Of a DNA stretch of 64,000 nucleotides, positions 37,929-49,647 are shown one piece after another. A model generated the notes under the pieces. It had not been told where the DNA came from, did not search any database, and saw nothing but the letters and a program-made list of their open reading frames with translations. The translations under genes were made by a program, and so were the position numbers. Origin of the DNA: Podarcis liolepis (lineage: Eukaryota); the NCBI GenBank assembly GCA_965112155.1, contig OZ218100.1. One strand, 5' to 3'. Every line of letters begins with the position of its first letter. The stretch's first letter is position 1.

Positions 37929-38139
37929 CAGGCATAGGCAAACTCGGCCCTCCAGATGTTTTGGGACTACAACTCCCATCATCCCTAGCTAACAGGACCA
38001 GTGGTCAGGGAAGATGGGAGTTGTAGTCCCAAAACTTCTGGAGGGCCGAGTTTGGGGATGCCTGCCTTATTGTCTGTCCTAGTCTGTATTACCTTATTGT
38101 TACCTTATTGTTTCCCGATATTTATTTTGCCTATGCCTG
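37929..38139. mobile_element. Chimeric hAT MITE carrying captured genomic flank
   Basis: Outer TIR CAGGCATAGGCAAA / TTTGCCTATGCCTG; TSD CTCCACAC / CTCTATAC (6/8); internal foreign TIR ending at 38064, then a copy of 33411-33469. Confidence 0.9.
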
Positions 38140-38457
38140 CTCTATACCATGCATTATTATGACCCCCCCTTCCCTCACCATTTTCTAAAAACAACAACTA
38201 AAAAGACCCTAATGTGGTAACCTTTCCTTATACAGATGCTGCTCCAGCCCCTTGATCATTTTGGTCTCTGGTTTCTGAACTTTTCCCAGCGCTACAGTAT
38301 CCTTTTTGAGGCTGATAAGCACATTCATCCAGCCACACTCTTCTCTGGTCCCTGCCTGATTCATGAATGTGATATGCCAAATGGCCCATGATCCGTCATG
38401 GCATCTAGCTCGACAAACACTTCATTTATTTACTCACCTCTCTAATCTATCCTCAGG

Positions 38458-38463
<6 letters not shown>

Positions 38464-38531
<68 letters not shown>
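38464..38531. repeat. (TC)n(AC)n compound microsatellite
   Basis: Adjacent TC and AC runs. Confidence 0.97.
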
Positions 38532-38532
<1 letters not shown>

Positions 38533-38869
38533 ACACACCCACCCAAGATATAGTAAAATGCATTTGTATGGTACTTGTGTTTCAATAGGAAGCTTCTCTG
38601 TGGAGGGGCTCTTTCTTGTATCTTTTCAAGGCAGCACTCACCGACAGCTCTTATAAATAATAGTAACCTAATAAGCCATTTAGAATTCAAAGCACAACAT
38701 GTCAGGGTGAGAAAGGAAAAAAGAAAACCAGGGGCCTGTATGCCTCTAAGTTTCTCTCCCCCCACCCCCTTCCTTTAAGATTCCTTCCTTTATCTCAGGC
38801 ATGTCAGCCTCTTCCCTTTCTGCATCTCTACATTTTTATGAATATCTCTTTTCCTCAGAGAGTTGCCTA

Positions 38870-39470
38870 GAGCTATCGGTGGTCCATAGTGCAGCGGAAT
38901 TAATGCAGTCGGTAAGCGATAAAATGGAGAGAATGTTGGCAATATGCGATTACAGATTAAATGATGCAATTTCAGGGTCAGCACTACAGAAGGCACTTTA
39001 TAAAGAGACTGACAAGTGAAGATGAATGGCAAATGAATGAGGGCAGTTACAGTATTTAATGCACATTTGCCTGTCCTGAGATCTACAGACTCTGCTACCA
39101 TCTGCTGGCTTATGAAAAAGAGCCAGAGAGTCTATATAAGAGGTTACATGCATAATCTTTCAGCTGTCTCTCATTATGAGAACAGCCCTCATTCCAGGTT
39201 ATATCACACCTCCGGCCTCCATGGACCTGTCAATTAGACTCTCTTTTGTATGCGGACGCATTTTCGGCAGTGTGTGTAAGAGAAGCTGGCAAAGGAGCAG
39301 AGGGCAATGTATTTCACCAACCAAATATTATGTCCTGCCTTTCCAAAATGCAGAGATTGTTAATTTTATTAAACACCCTGCATTCTCCAGGGCACAGACT
39401 TGAGTGTCGTCTGAAAGGTATGCAGTCTGATGCTTTGGAGGGATATACATTCAACAATTTAGTTATTTAT
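38870..39470. promoter_or_regulatory. Candidate highly conserved non-coding element
   Basis: TE-free, high complexity, retained CpGs; homeodomain-type motifs AATTAAT, GATTAAATGA, CTTTATAAAG palindrome, CTGTCAATTA at 39227-39236; conservation not tested. Confidence 0.45.
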
Positions 39471-39639
39471 TAAAAGAAATTGACCATGTTGTAAGTGAGT
39501 TGTCCCGGTGACTGTGTTAGAATGTCACAACAAACTGTGATGTATCATTACAGTTTATTATCATTATAACCTTTGGCTTGCATGCTCCTTCATCACCCTG
39601 TGGTAGGGTCATTCAGTCCGGACACTGGTGGTTCCTTCA

Positions 39640-39885
39640 TTCAGATAAGTAAGGTTACAGGGAACCAGGCAGAGGGCTTTTTTTGGTACTCATGCCCACC
39701 TTTGGTACTCAAGCCTCCCAGCACATGTCAAACAGATAAACAGTTATGTGATTTTTAAAAGACTTCAGGGAAGTTTTTAGTGTGTGATGTTATATTGTGT
39801 TTTTATTGTTATTTGTTGGGAGCTGCTCAGAGTGACTGGGGCAACCCAGTCAGATGCGTGAAATTTAATTTTATATTATAATTAT
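39640..39885 (+). mobile_element. L2 LINE 3' fragment
   Basis: Matches 5850-6065 (GGGAACCAGGCAGAGG...GGGGCAACCCAGTCAGAT). Confidence 0.75.
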
Positions 39886-40109
39886 AAGATTTGAAACTGA
39901 CTTCTGATTTCAGTTTAGAATTATGTCCGTAGCTTTGCCTTTCTAGTGGAGGCTACTAACCTCAATGGCTACTAACCTCAATGGCTACGTTCTGAATACG
40001 AGTTGAGGGGAATCACAACTGGGGAAAGTGGTGATTTGCTCAGATCCTTCTTGTGGTCATCTGGTCAGCCACTGGCTTGAGAACAGGTTTGATCCAGCAG
40101 CCTCATATT

Positions 40110-40285
40110 CAATACAAATCTATGGTGCAGCCACATTTGGAATACTGTGTACAGTTCTGGTTGCCCCACTTCAAAAAGGATATTGTTGAGTTGGAAGTGG
40201 TTCAGAAAAGGGCCTCAGAAATGGTCAAGGGGGTGGAGCAACTCCCCCATAAGGAAAGGTCACAACATTGGCACCTTTTTAGTTG
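40110..40285 (+). mobile_element. CR1 ORF2 fragment
   Basis: YKSMVQPHLEYCVQFWLPHFKKDIVELEVVQKRASEMVKGVE is a typical CR1 post-RT motif. Confidence 0.92.
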
Positions 40286-40436
40286 GGGGAGGGGGGTATG
40301 AGAGAAAGAGGCAACGTGGTAGACATTTATACTGTATAAAAATGCATTTTGTAAAGTTTGAAGTGATAAGGAAGCCTATCGCCCTTCTTCCCCATATGTG
40401 TCAAGGCCCATGTGTGACTATTCTTCAGCTGCAGTA

Positions 40437-41113
40437 AGGATGGGAACAGGATGCAATGTAATTTGCATTTAAAGGAAAAACTACTTAAGCCACACTTTCC
40501 AAAACGGTTCACAAAGAAAAAACAAAGCTATCCTTCAAAATTTGCGCTTCTCCAAATTGTGCAGGGCAGTTCTCCAGCCAAGTAATGTGTACAAAATGCA
40601 AATACTGGAGTAAAGCACACATTAAAATGCATATACAGTGGTAATTTGGTTCTTGAACTTAATCCGTTCCGGGAGTCCGTTTGACTCCCGAAACCGTTCA
40701 GAAACCAAGGCACAGCTTCCAATTGGCTGCAGGAGCTTCCTGCACTCAAGCAGAAGCCGCATTGGATGTTCAGCTTCCAAAAAACGTTCGCAAACCAGAA
40801 CACTTACTTCCTGGTTTGCGGCGCTCGGGAGCCAAGCCGTTCAACAACCAAGGTACCACTGTATCAGGCAAAATAGTGTATAAAAATGCATTATATTAAG
40901 AGAATTTGCTTTGCAAAAATGTGTCTATTAGGCAAAATCACATACAAAAATGTGCCTGTTAGGAGAAATTCACAGTAATATACTGGTACATTCTTGTGAG
41001 GACATTTTTTGTGTTGTTTTTTTGAAAAAAATACATGAACAGTTGTGAAAGCATGGAGAACTAAAGAGTGGCAAAGCGAGACACTGAAACTGAAATTTAG
41101 ATTCTCCCATCCT
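40437..41113 (+). mobile_element. Non-autonomous DNA-transposon-like element hosting a MITE
   Basis: 9-bp inverted ends AGGATGGGA / TCCCATCCT; homologous to 9960-10456. Confidence 0.55.
40636..40861 (+). mobile_element. Tc1/mariner-type MITE, third subfamily
   Basis: CAGTGGTA / TACCACTG ends; TA TSD at 40634-40635 and 40862-40863. Confidence 0.85.
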
Positions 41114-41287
41114 GAAGCTCCTATATCTCTGAGAACTTTACTAATTCTAGGCATGTGAGTCTCCCTGTTTTGATGCACCTGCTCCAACAGCCTCTATTTA
41201 CAGCAACATTAAGTCATTATTTTGTGTATTGACTATGAATGTATCTAAGATTGGGCCACTCAATATCATCTCCAGCTACAATCCTCT

Positions 41288-41355
41288 TCATAGAATCATA
41301 GAGTTGGAATAGACCACAAGGGCCATCGAGTCCAACCCCCTGCCAAGCAGGAAAC
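41288..41355 (-). mobile_element. Very short CR1 3' end
   Basis: (ATTCTATG) tail on the minus strand; nearly identical to 63199-63266. Confidence 0.85.
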
Positions 41356-42229
41356 TCTTTGCTGCCCTATCTCCCTAAATTCTGAAAGGGCATCCCTAAT
41401 GAGAAGTGCCTCCCTCACCCAAAAAGCCTGCAAATGATTTGTAGGTAAGTCATCGCTCAGACTATCAGCCCCTTTGCAGGACTTTTCAATGGTCCCTTCA
41501 GCCCCCCTAAAATATTTGAGGTGGCCAAGCCCCTCCAAAGTTGATGGGCGTTGCCATTCAAATGGAGGGGTGCCCCCTCTCGTGACTGATTATGCTTACC
41601 TGCCCCCCTATTTTATTTAAGTTGGCACCCTTGTGCATACACTTCCACAATTCCTTGCTTTTCGTAGCTTCTTAAGAACAATCCCACGCTGAACAGGATC
41701 ATGAAATATTTAAGCCCACACCTGCTAACACCCTCTTATTTACATCTCCAATGCTTTTTAATAGGAGATTGTGCTATGTTAACATTTGCTTTAGGAAGGA
41801 AAGATGGATAAGAAGTTCATAGAACTCCCAGGAGAATGAAGTAACAAGAATTATAGGTTGTGTGTTGCTCAGCATCAGCTAGGTTAAAGCAGAATCTGGA
41901 GAGAGAGAGAGAGAGGCTATGACCAAAACATTTAGATAACTTTGTTTGATGTAATGCATTAAGGACTGAATTAATAAATCAAGCATTTGCATTGACTGAG
42001 GAGACTGAGGAAAGAGGCCAAAAAGCCACACTTGGATCACATCGGTAGCTGGTCCACATCAAAATGCTACAGCAGTCTTTATTTCCTAGTAAATCACTGC
42101 CTCTGTTTTTCCTCTGGGGCTGTCTTTCTTAAAAAGAAAAAAGAAAAGAAAAGTGTGTGTACATATGCACTAGAATAGTAGAAAGCAGAACAGGGAATAG
42201 AGATTCAGCCGGTGCTGGATCAGGGTAAC

Positions 42230-43615
42230 ACTTCTGGGGATGATACAGTTTCACAGTTTGGGCATGTTCCTGGCCTCATCCCTGAGCATGAATGCCCAGA
42301 TCTCTGGGGTGGGCTAGAGTGCATTTGCACAGCTAAAGCTAGTGTTCCAGCTGCAACCATCCCTTGAGACATCTGATTTGGACACAGTGACACACAACTT
42401 AGTTTCATCCTGTTTGGATTTCTGTAGCATGCTCTATGTGCCTTTGAAAAGTCCTCAGAAACCTCAAATGGCCCAAAGAAGTACAGCCCAATTGTTGGCT
42501 GGTGCTGGTTATATAGGGAGCTGTGGCGATCACACAGGGTCCCCGGACGTTTGACGATCTATTGATCCCTGTGCCACCACTGTGATTGCTTCCCCGCTGC
42601 CACCAACCCGTTTCTCTCAGGTACGCAGAGAGTCCAGACAGTTGTTAACATTAAATCAAATAAGCAAGTTTATTTTATAAGCATTAACAAGATTATGGTT
42701 TCAGATAATTTTTCTTGTCAGTTTCTTAATCTTAGTTTCTTTACCAGCCTATACCTTCCTAATAACTTCTAACTGATTATCCCAACTGTCTATCTGACTC
42801 CTCCTAACAGTTTCTCTCACTCTCTCACAACAAAACTAGACCAACCCACAGACTTATCCTCCCTCTTCCTTCTCCAACTCCCAACTGACTTCCCAACAAC
42901 TCCAACTCCAACTCTAACTCCTCCCCTTGGGTTCCCACTGGCCAATCACTTCACACTCATTTAACCCTTTCCTTATGACCCACCTAGGAGGGCAAACGCC
43001 ACAGGAGCATATGACTCCCTTGTTACAATAACTCCACTGGCTACCAGTCTGTTTCCTGGCACATGTCAAAGCATTGTCTGTGACTTATAAAGCCCTATAT
43101 GGCTTAGGCCCAGGCTATCTGAAGGACTGTATACTCCCATACGAACTTGCCTGGGCTCTCAAATCTTCAAGAGAGGCCCTTCAGTCAGTCCCACATGCCT
43201 CACAGGCATGTTTGGTGGGGATGCAGGAGAGGGCCTTCTCGGTGGCTGCTCCCAGACTTTGGAACTCCTTCCCTAGAGAAGCTAGACTGGCTCCCTCCTT
43301 GTTGTCCTTCTGCTGGCAGGTGAAGGTTGGTTTTTTCCCTACAGGCCTTTAGGAACTGACTTCCTAAAGGAACTGATTTTCCTAAAAAGGAAAAAGGAAA
43401 GGGCTTTTAAGAGTGTTGTGCTTTCTTTTCTTTTTTTACTATATGTATTTTAATATATTTGGTTTTCTGATGGTTTGATTCTATTAGAGCTCAATTGGTC
43501 TTTAAACTATTATCTTTTATATGTATTTATCTTTTTGTATTTTACCTGTGTTGTTTTGATTTGTGCAAACTGCCTTGAGTCCCATTCTGAGGAAAAGGTA
43601 GGATATAAATAAATA
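42230..43615 (+). mobile_element. L2 LINE 3' portion split by a solo LTR
   Basis: LVSSCLDFCSMLY...LHWLPVCF...TYKALYGLGPGYLKD...ERAFSVAAPRLWNSFP, then T-rich 3' UTR. Confidence 0.9.
42522..43003 (-). mobile_element. Solo LTR, 482 bp
   Basis: TGTGGCG...CGCCACA inverted termini; perfect 5-bp TSD GGAGC at 42517-42521 and 43004-43008; TTTATT near 42668. Confidence 0.92.
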
Positions 43616-46385
43616 TCATAGCAATAGCTCTTTGAGGGGTAAACTACAGATCCCAGGATTAAGGGGAGGCGGGGGGGGAGCCATGTGCTTTCAGTGTGCT
43701 TTCAATGTACGATTTGGATGTGACCATTAAAAAATCCAAATAAATTATAAAGTGCCCTGCAAAAGAGGAAGAAAAATTGAAACCTCTTTCACCGATGAAG
43801 CAAACTTTTGAGAAATGGGAAGGACAGGTTTCAGCACCAGACTGCGACATCCTCAGGAAGAACTCCAGCACCACAAAATATCAAAACCAGGGGAGTAACT
43901 GTCTCCATGGCACAAAAGAGGAGGAAGCAGAAGAGTAAAATGGACTGTTTTTTAGATAAAAGGTCAGCCATCTTTACAGAAGCTAATGAATCAAATGTCA
44001 TTATATATAGAAGATACAAAAGGTCAAATAAATATCCTGAACTTGAGCTAAAATGTTATTGAACAATTGAAGAAAGAGAAGGTGAACAACTTTTTCCCAT
44101 ATAATAAACTATAATTAAGGATATAACACTTATTTTGGCTGAAGTGTTGTTGCTTAAAAAAACAAAACAGGGCATTGAAACTACTGAACTTCAGGAAACA
44201 GAGAGAGGAAGAGGAACAGGAAACAAGCTTTACATCCTCTCAGGAGAAGAGGGGGCATAACCCGGCTGAGTCTACTGCAGAAATTAAATTCTGTGGTTCT
44301 TAACCCCTTCATATACTAACTAGCAAATATGCATGGTTAGGTTTGACTGCTAAAAACTCCCACAGTGTTTAGTAACACTGGATACAAAGTCCTCACATTC
44401 TCATATGACCACCATCCTCTTGCATTAAGATGGTTTGCAGGGCTGTAGAGCTAGAACATAAAGACTGTTTACTCAGGGGTCAGAGACAGGATTTTAAAAG
44501 TAAATGAAAATACTCCCTCCTTGTAGACTTCTTGAACTTTCTCGCCTTTACAGGTTTGCATAAGAGTGCTGCTATTTAAACTGGAAACTATTTAAACTGG
44601 AAAGATCTGTTTTGAAAAAGTGGGGAGACTTTAGGAGAGACTCTGCTTTATCAGGCAATGCTATTCTTCTTTACATTTTGCTGACTGTTTCACCGGAATA
44701 GCATTCCAAGTCTAGGGGGTGGAGAGAAGCATTGCTCCAAGGAACAATTTCATAGCAAATAGCTCTCGTGAAACACTGATGGTACACCAGCAGATTTAAT
44801 AATAAATTTGGATACCTGTCAAGTGAGATCAAATAGGATGAGAAGGAATTCCTTATAGAAAAGGGGAGACAGGACATTTCCAACATTTGGGAGACAGTGG
44901 ACTAAGCTCAATTCATTTTAAATCCAGATTTAGTTCAAAGATACAGAAGCCTCTTGGATGGGGGGGCGGGAGAGAGAAGTATATATATTGAAGGAAAGCT
45001 GATAAAATATATTTCTGAAAAGGGAACACTTACAAGTTTTTTAATATAAACATTTAAAGGGGGGAACACATGTTTTTAAAAAACTATAGAAGCTAACCAC
45101 ATGGAGAGGCATATGCACTTCTATAAGGTGAAACATGGTCTTAATAATTTCTATAATAACAGTGCACAATTATGCCTGATTAGGCAAAAGTGAAGATAAT
45201 CTGGCAATAAAACTATCAAGCTACCAGCATGTAACCTAAGAAAATTATTGACTTTGACTGAAATCTCAACTCTAAAGGCAATTAGCTGTGTGGGCATATG
45301 ATCTTACAGCCTTGTGCAAATCCCTTTTTGGATATGCTTTAAATAATGGAATCTGCAATTTTGATTTTTTGAAGGTGAAATGGCAATATTAAGATTGAAG
45401 ATTTTTTTAAAAAAAATCCATAAAAGTAACACAAGAGGCAACAAATAGCTCAAGGCAGAAATATTATGTCGGCTAAACTCCTGAGAAGATTTACATTTTT
45501 GTTGTTGTAGAAATGAACAACAAGAGGGATTTAGAGATTGGAATAATATTAAGTTATGCTTAAGTGCAAGCCCATAAAGTGGTGCAAAGGAGCACAGTTG
45601 CATCTTCTCCCGTAGAATCATGATGGCTTCATGTCAGCAAACTGAGGATCTGGACCGCAACCTTTTTAAAATAAAGAGCCTACAGCAGCAAACTGGAGAC
45701 AGAAGCTCCAGTGGTGCTCATAATGTGAGTGCCTGGTGAGTATCCAAGAAAATATAGGAGCTAGCATCAAATCTCCCAGCTAAACGTTGTCCATAAAATA
45801 TTAACTAAAACTCTGAGCAAAAAAAAAAGAAGCCTACAAAAGATAAATATTTTAAATCCAGGTCAAGTTAGTTGTGGGCCGGGGAGCTAGCAGTAGTTAA
45901 GAAGGGTGTTCAACATATTGTTTCTGACAAGACTAAATGGTATCATCTGCAATGTGCTTCAGGGGGAATGTGCCCTGGGTGTAGAGGGTTTCATGATGTT
46001 GATGCATCACCTGAGCCTTTGAAACAACCTGAAATGGAGCCTATGGCTTTTAGCTGCTTACCTGCCACAAGGGTAAAGAGAACCATAGAAGCATGAACCT
46101 CTTGCAGCACAGCATCAGCGGCAAAGTAGCTCTGTTCACTGCCGGGGAAGCCCTCTTCACGAACATGCTTGTAGCTAAATCTGTCCGAATATCTGACTCC
46201 AAGGGGGTCCAATCAACCATAAGATGCCAGTGACACCTCTAGTGACTTTTGGTGGCTAATCCCAACTCTCCATCTTGTAGTCCTTCTTCTCAACCTACGG
46301 TATTTCCCTAGCTCTGTCTGTAGAACTCATCTGGACCAGGAGGAGGGAGGAGGGATGAATCTGTTTTAAACAGATTTATATATGG

Positions 46386-46508
46386 CAGACATGTCCAAGG
46401 CATCAATTGCGATTGAAAGGTCGATTGCGGGATGGATTTTGGTCAATCGCACTATGGCAAATTTTTTTGCGTGCATCCTCTTTCCTCCTCAGAGGATAGC
46501 ACCCCCTA

Positions 46509-46545
<37 letters not shown>

Positions 46546-46952
46546 CACTTATCTTTTATCTAAGTTATGGTAGTAACGGTAGGAAACATACGGCAATCCA
46601 GAAGGGCACAAGCTTCAGCCATGTGCGCCCATCCCTGGGAGCCACCAAGGGTCCTGCAAGTGGTCGGCAGGGCAGTTCTGAAGCTGGTTGCAGCACTGGG
46701 ATTCAGTTGAGCATTATGTTTGGGCCGTCTGAGAGGGACCCTTCACACCGTGACCGAGTGGCCCCGCAGTTTCACATTAAAATATATTGATTTATGGAAG
46801 CGATTATCATTTGTTGTTTGTTTTTTTATCATAAGCTCAGCCAAATATAATATGTTTAAGTTGAAGAATGACAGTGGGAGAGTGTGGTAAATCACTGCCA
46901 GTTTTTGATACTGGATAGTAGATTGCAGCCTACTTGAAGTTAGACATGCCTG
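46386..46952. mobile_element. hAT non-autonomous element
   Basis: TIR CAGACATGTCCAA / TTAGACATGCCTG; 8-bp TSD ATATATGG / ATATATGA; internal (TA)n. Confidence 0.8.
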
Positions 46953-48967
46953 ATATATGAAATTTAGCGGTGCTGACCTGATCAATCTTTGCCTGCATTG
47001 GACCACCTCTAGCATTGAGCACCCACATATGTTTGAGCCTCCTGCACATTGTCAACCGTTTTTTGTTTTTAAAAACTTACTAATTGTATGCAAAAATACA
47101 TATGGTATGCACATCAATCCCCATGTGCTACTATATTTCTGAAGCATATTTTTTTATATATTAACACATAAGTATTTCTATGCAGTTATCTGCATTGTTG
47201 TTTGTTTTGTTTATGTGCTGGTTACATTATGAAATCCGTATATGCATATAATAAGTATATAATAATGCATGTAATATTGCAATAATTGGTTTTTTTTAGC
47301 ATAACCTGTAAAATTCCCTGCCTTCTGAGATCAAGCAGGATCCTTACTGTACTCTTCTGTGCCTGCTAAAAGTGTTCCTATTTAGAAAAGCCCACCCAGA
47401 TGATTAGAAAGTTGAGGTAATTTTAATCTGTTTTAGTATTTAAACTTTTGTATGTTTTAAAGTAGGGTTGTGATTTTTTCTTGATGTTACTGTTTTATCT
47501 TTTTTTAACCGCTTTGAAGTTTCTCACAGTCAAGTGGTGTATAAATTTTATGAATAATAAAACAAACAAACAATTCATTTCTCATGAACAGCAAGAAGTG
47601 AGATGGAATTAGGGGGGGAAATCCATGTGGATTAAGATCAGGTTTTCCAGAATTTCCATCCCTAACTAGGGCCATCTTCAGCCTGAAGCCCACCTACTCA
47701 CCTTCACTCAGAGCTGTCAGCAATTTGACTTTCTCGACCGCACTCTTGCTCTCTTCTCCTCATTCGTCTTGTAAATTCTACAGCAAACATTTCCAGCGTC
47801 CACAAAAGGGAAAGGGAGCACATGAGTCTGAGATTTTCCACAATGGATTTCCCCTTACATCAGAAGCGGGTCTATTTTTTTCACGTACTACCTCAGATAT
47901 CAAACTTTCATATGTGGCATAAATACAAATCCCAGGTGTCCAGAGGTGCTTTTAGTCCTTTTCCCACAGGCCCAAACCATGTAGGACACATGCACCTGTC
48001 CCCACACCACGCATTAATTGGTTCCATGTGCACAGAAATAAGTTGTAGGTAGGTAGGCACTATAACCTAGGATCCTGCCACCCTCTCCAATTTCAGAAAG
48101 AGAGCCTACACACATACAAGCTGTTCTGTACACCCAGAGACAGTGTGCCTGGAAGTGAGGGGCAGCAGACACAATCCTGCATCTTCTGAACACATCCATT
48201 GTACATGTTTCCAAAACATGCCAGAATGAAGCAGGTAGCCAACCAGGTAGCCAACTGTCATTCCCAGTTTTTGGTGAATTCCAACCTGGCCAGAATTTGT
48301 TCAGCTGAGAATTAAGCCTACTTCCCAGAAAGTCATTTCTTCACTTAAGAAGAAAGAGCACACAGCTTTAACTGATCTAAATGTGTCATTTGTCACAGTT
48401 TGGGCTCCTTATGAGTGCCACTTGGAACTTATTTTGTCAGCAGACTGTTTCAACCTTGCAGTTGTGCTAAAGAATTCCTTCCACCAATGTCTAGAAACTA
48501 AGAAAGGATTTCACTTTTCAGAGCAAGACTTTTGGCTCACCCCCTTACCTTTTATCTCTCCTCCCCTCTTACCTACAGATAGGTCTTTTCTTCTGAGTTG
48601 AAGCCAAAGATGCTTAAGGCATTGCAAACATTTTTGCTTTGTGAAAGCAATTGAATCACTGCTACGGTTGTATGATCCTACTTTCATTGGCTATATTCAT
48701 CCCCTACTGATGAAAGCTTTTTTTTTTCTTCAGTTCATTGACTCATGTATGATATCCCGGCTTTCAGTATCCCATTCTTCCTTGACCCCCTCCCATCATT
48801 ATTTACAAATATCTATATATATATATCACCTTCTCTGCCCACTGCAGGTGGGTGCTGAAGTCAGTTTTTGCCAATGTCCTCTGGCTGCCTATTTACAGTA
48901 TCTATATTTCACATGATGAGCACTCTTTGGGTTTGGTCAGTCAGCCCCAAATCCGCCTAACAGTTGC

Positions 48968-49265
48968 CTCTTCACACCGTGCATAGTTAAGCGATGGAAT
49001 TCGCTCCCACAGAAGGCAGTGAGGGCCACCAACAGGGATGGCTTTAAAAGACAAATTCATGGAGATTAAGGCTATCAATGGTAAGAGCCATGTTGGCTGT
49101 CAGAGACATTGTGCCTTTGAATACCGGTTGTTGAAAACTGCAAGAGGGAAGAGTGCAGTTGTGCTCAGGTCTTGCTTGTGGACTTCCTCTGGGAATCTCG
49201 TTAACCACTGTGAGAAAAGATTCTGAGTTAGACAGACCTTTGGCCTTCTCCAGCTTGGCTCTTTG
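48968..49265 (+). mobile_element. CR1 3' end with 3' UTR
   Basis: FTPCIVKRWNSLPQKAVRATNRDGFK motif followed by squamate CR1-like 3' UTR. Confidence 0.8.
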
Positions 49266-49301
49266 TATGTATGTATGTGTGTGTGTATGTATTTAATATG
49301 T

Positions 49302-49438
49302 GGGACGTGGGTGGCAATGTGGTCTAAACCACTGAGCCTCTTGGGCTTGCTGATCGGAAGGTCGGCGGTTCTAATCCCCACAACGAGGTGTGCACCTGTT
49401 GCTCTGTCCTAGCTTCCACCAACCTAGCAATTTGAAAG
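49302..49438 (+). mobile_element. Sauria SINE 5' part
   Basis: GGGACGTGGGTGGC head matching 22855 onward; stops after about 135 bp. Confidence 0.85.
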
Positions 49439-49440
49439 TA

Positions 49441-49647
49441 TTAAATATCCTACCTTTTCCTCCAAGATGGCCAAGGTGCAGTGCGTTATTTTACCCTTCC
49501 CCACTTAATCCTCCCAACAACCTATGAGGTAGGTTAGGCTGAGAGGCAGTGACTGGCCCCAAGTCACCTAGTGAGCTTCGTGGCTAAGATTGGACTCTTT
49601 GTCTCCCATTTCCTAGTCTGACCATCAAACCACTGCACCACACTGGT
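49441..49647 (-). mobile_element. Old Squam3/MIR-like SINE
   Basis: Minus strand CCAGTGTGGTGCAGTGGTT head, GGTGACTTGG...CTCTCAGCCTAACCTACCTCA core. Confidence 0.7.

Larger units (their letters stand above)
37285..38310 (-). mobile_element. CR1 LINE 3' fragment hosting an LTR, microsatellites and a MITE
   Basis: Parts of 37285-37490 and 38148-38310 are reverse-complementary to CR1 pieces at 32018-32270, 40110-40285 and 48968-49090. Confidence 0.7.

Noticed and set aside
43770-44640. Possible ancient L1 remnant (purine-rich, ORF1/ORF2-like wording)
   Set aside because: Too degenerate to give diagnostic motifs, ends or a TSD.
46228-46246. Possible CTCF site (TCACTAGAGGTGTC on minus)
   Set aside because: Mismatches at the conserved GGC end of the core; too weak without ChIP data.
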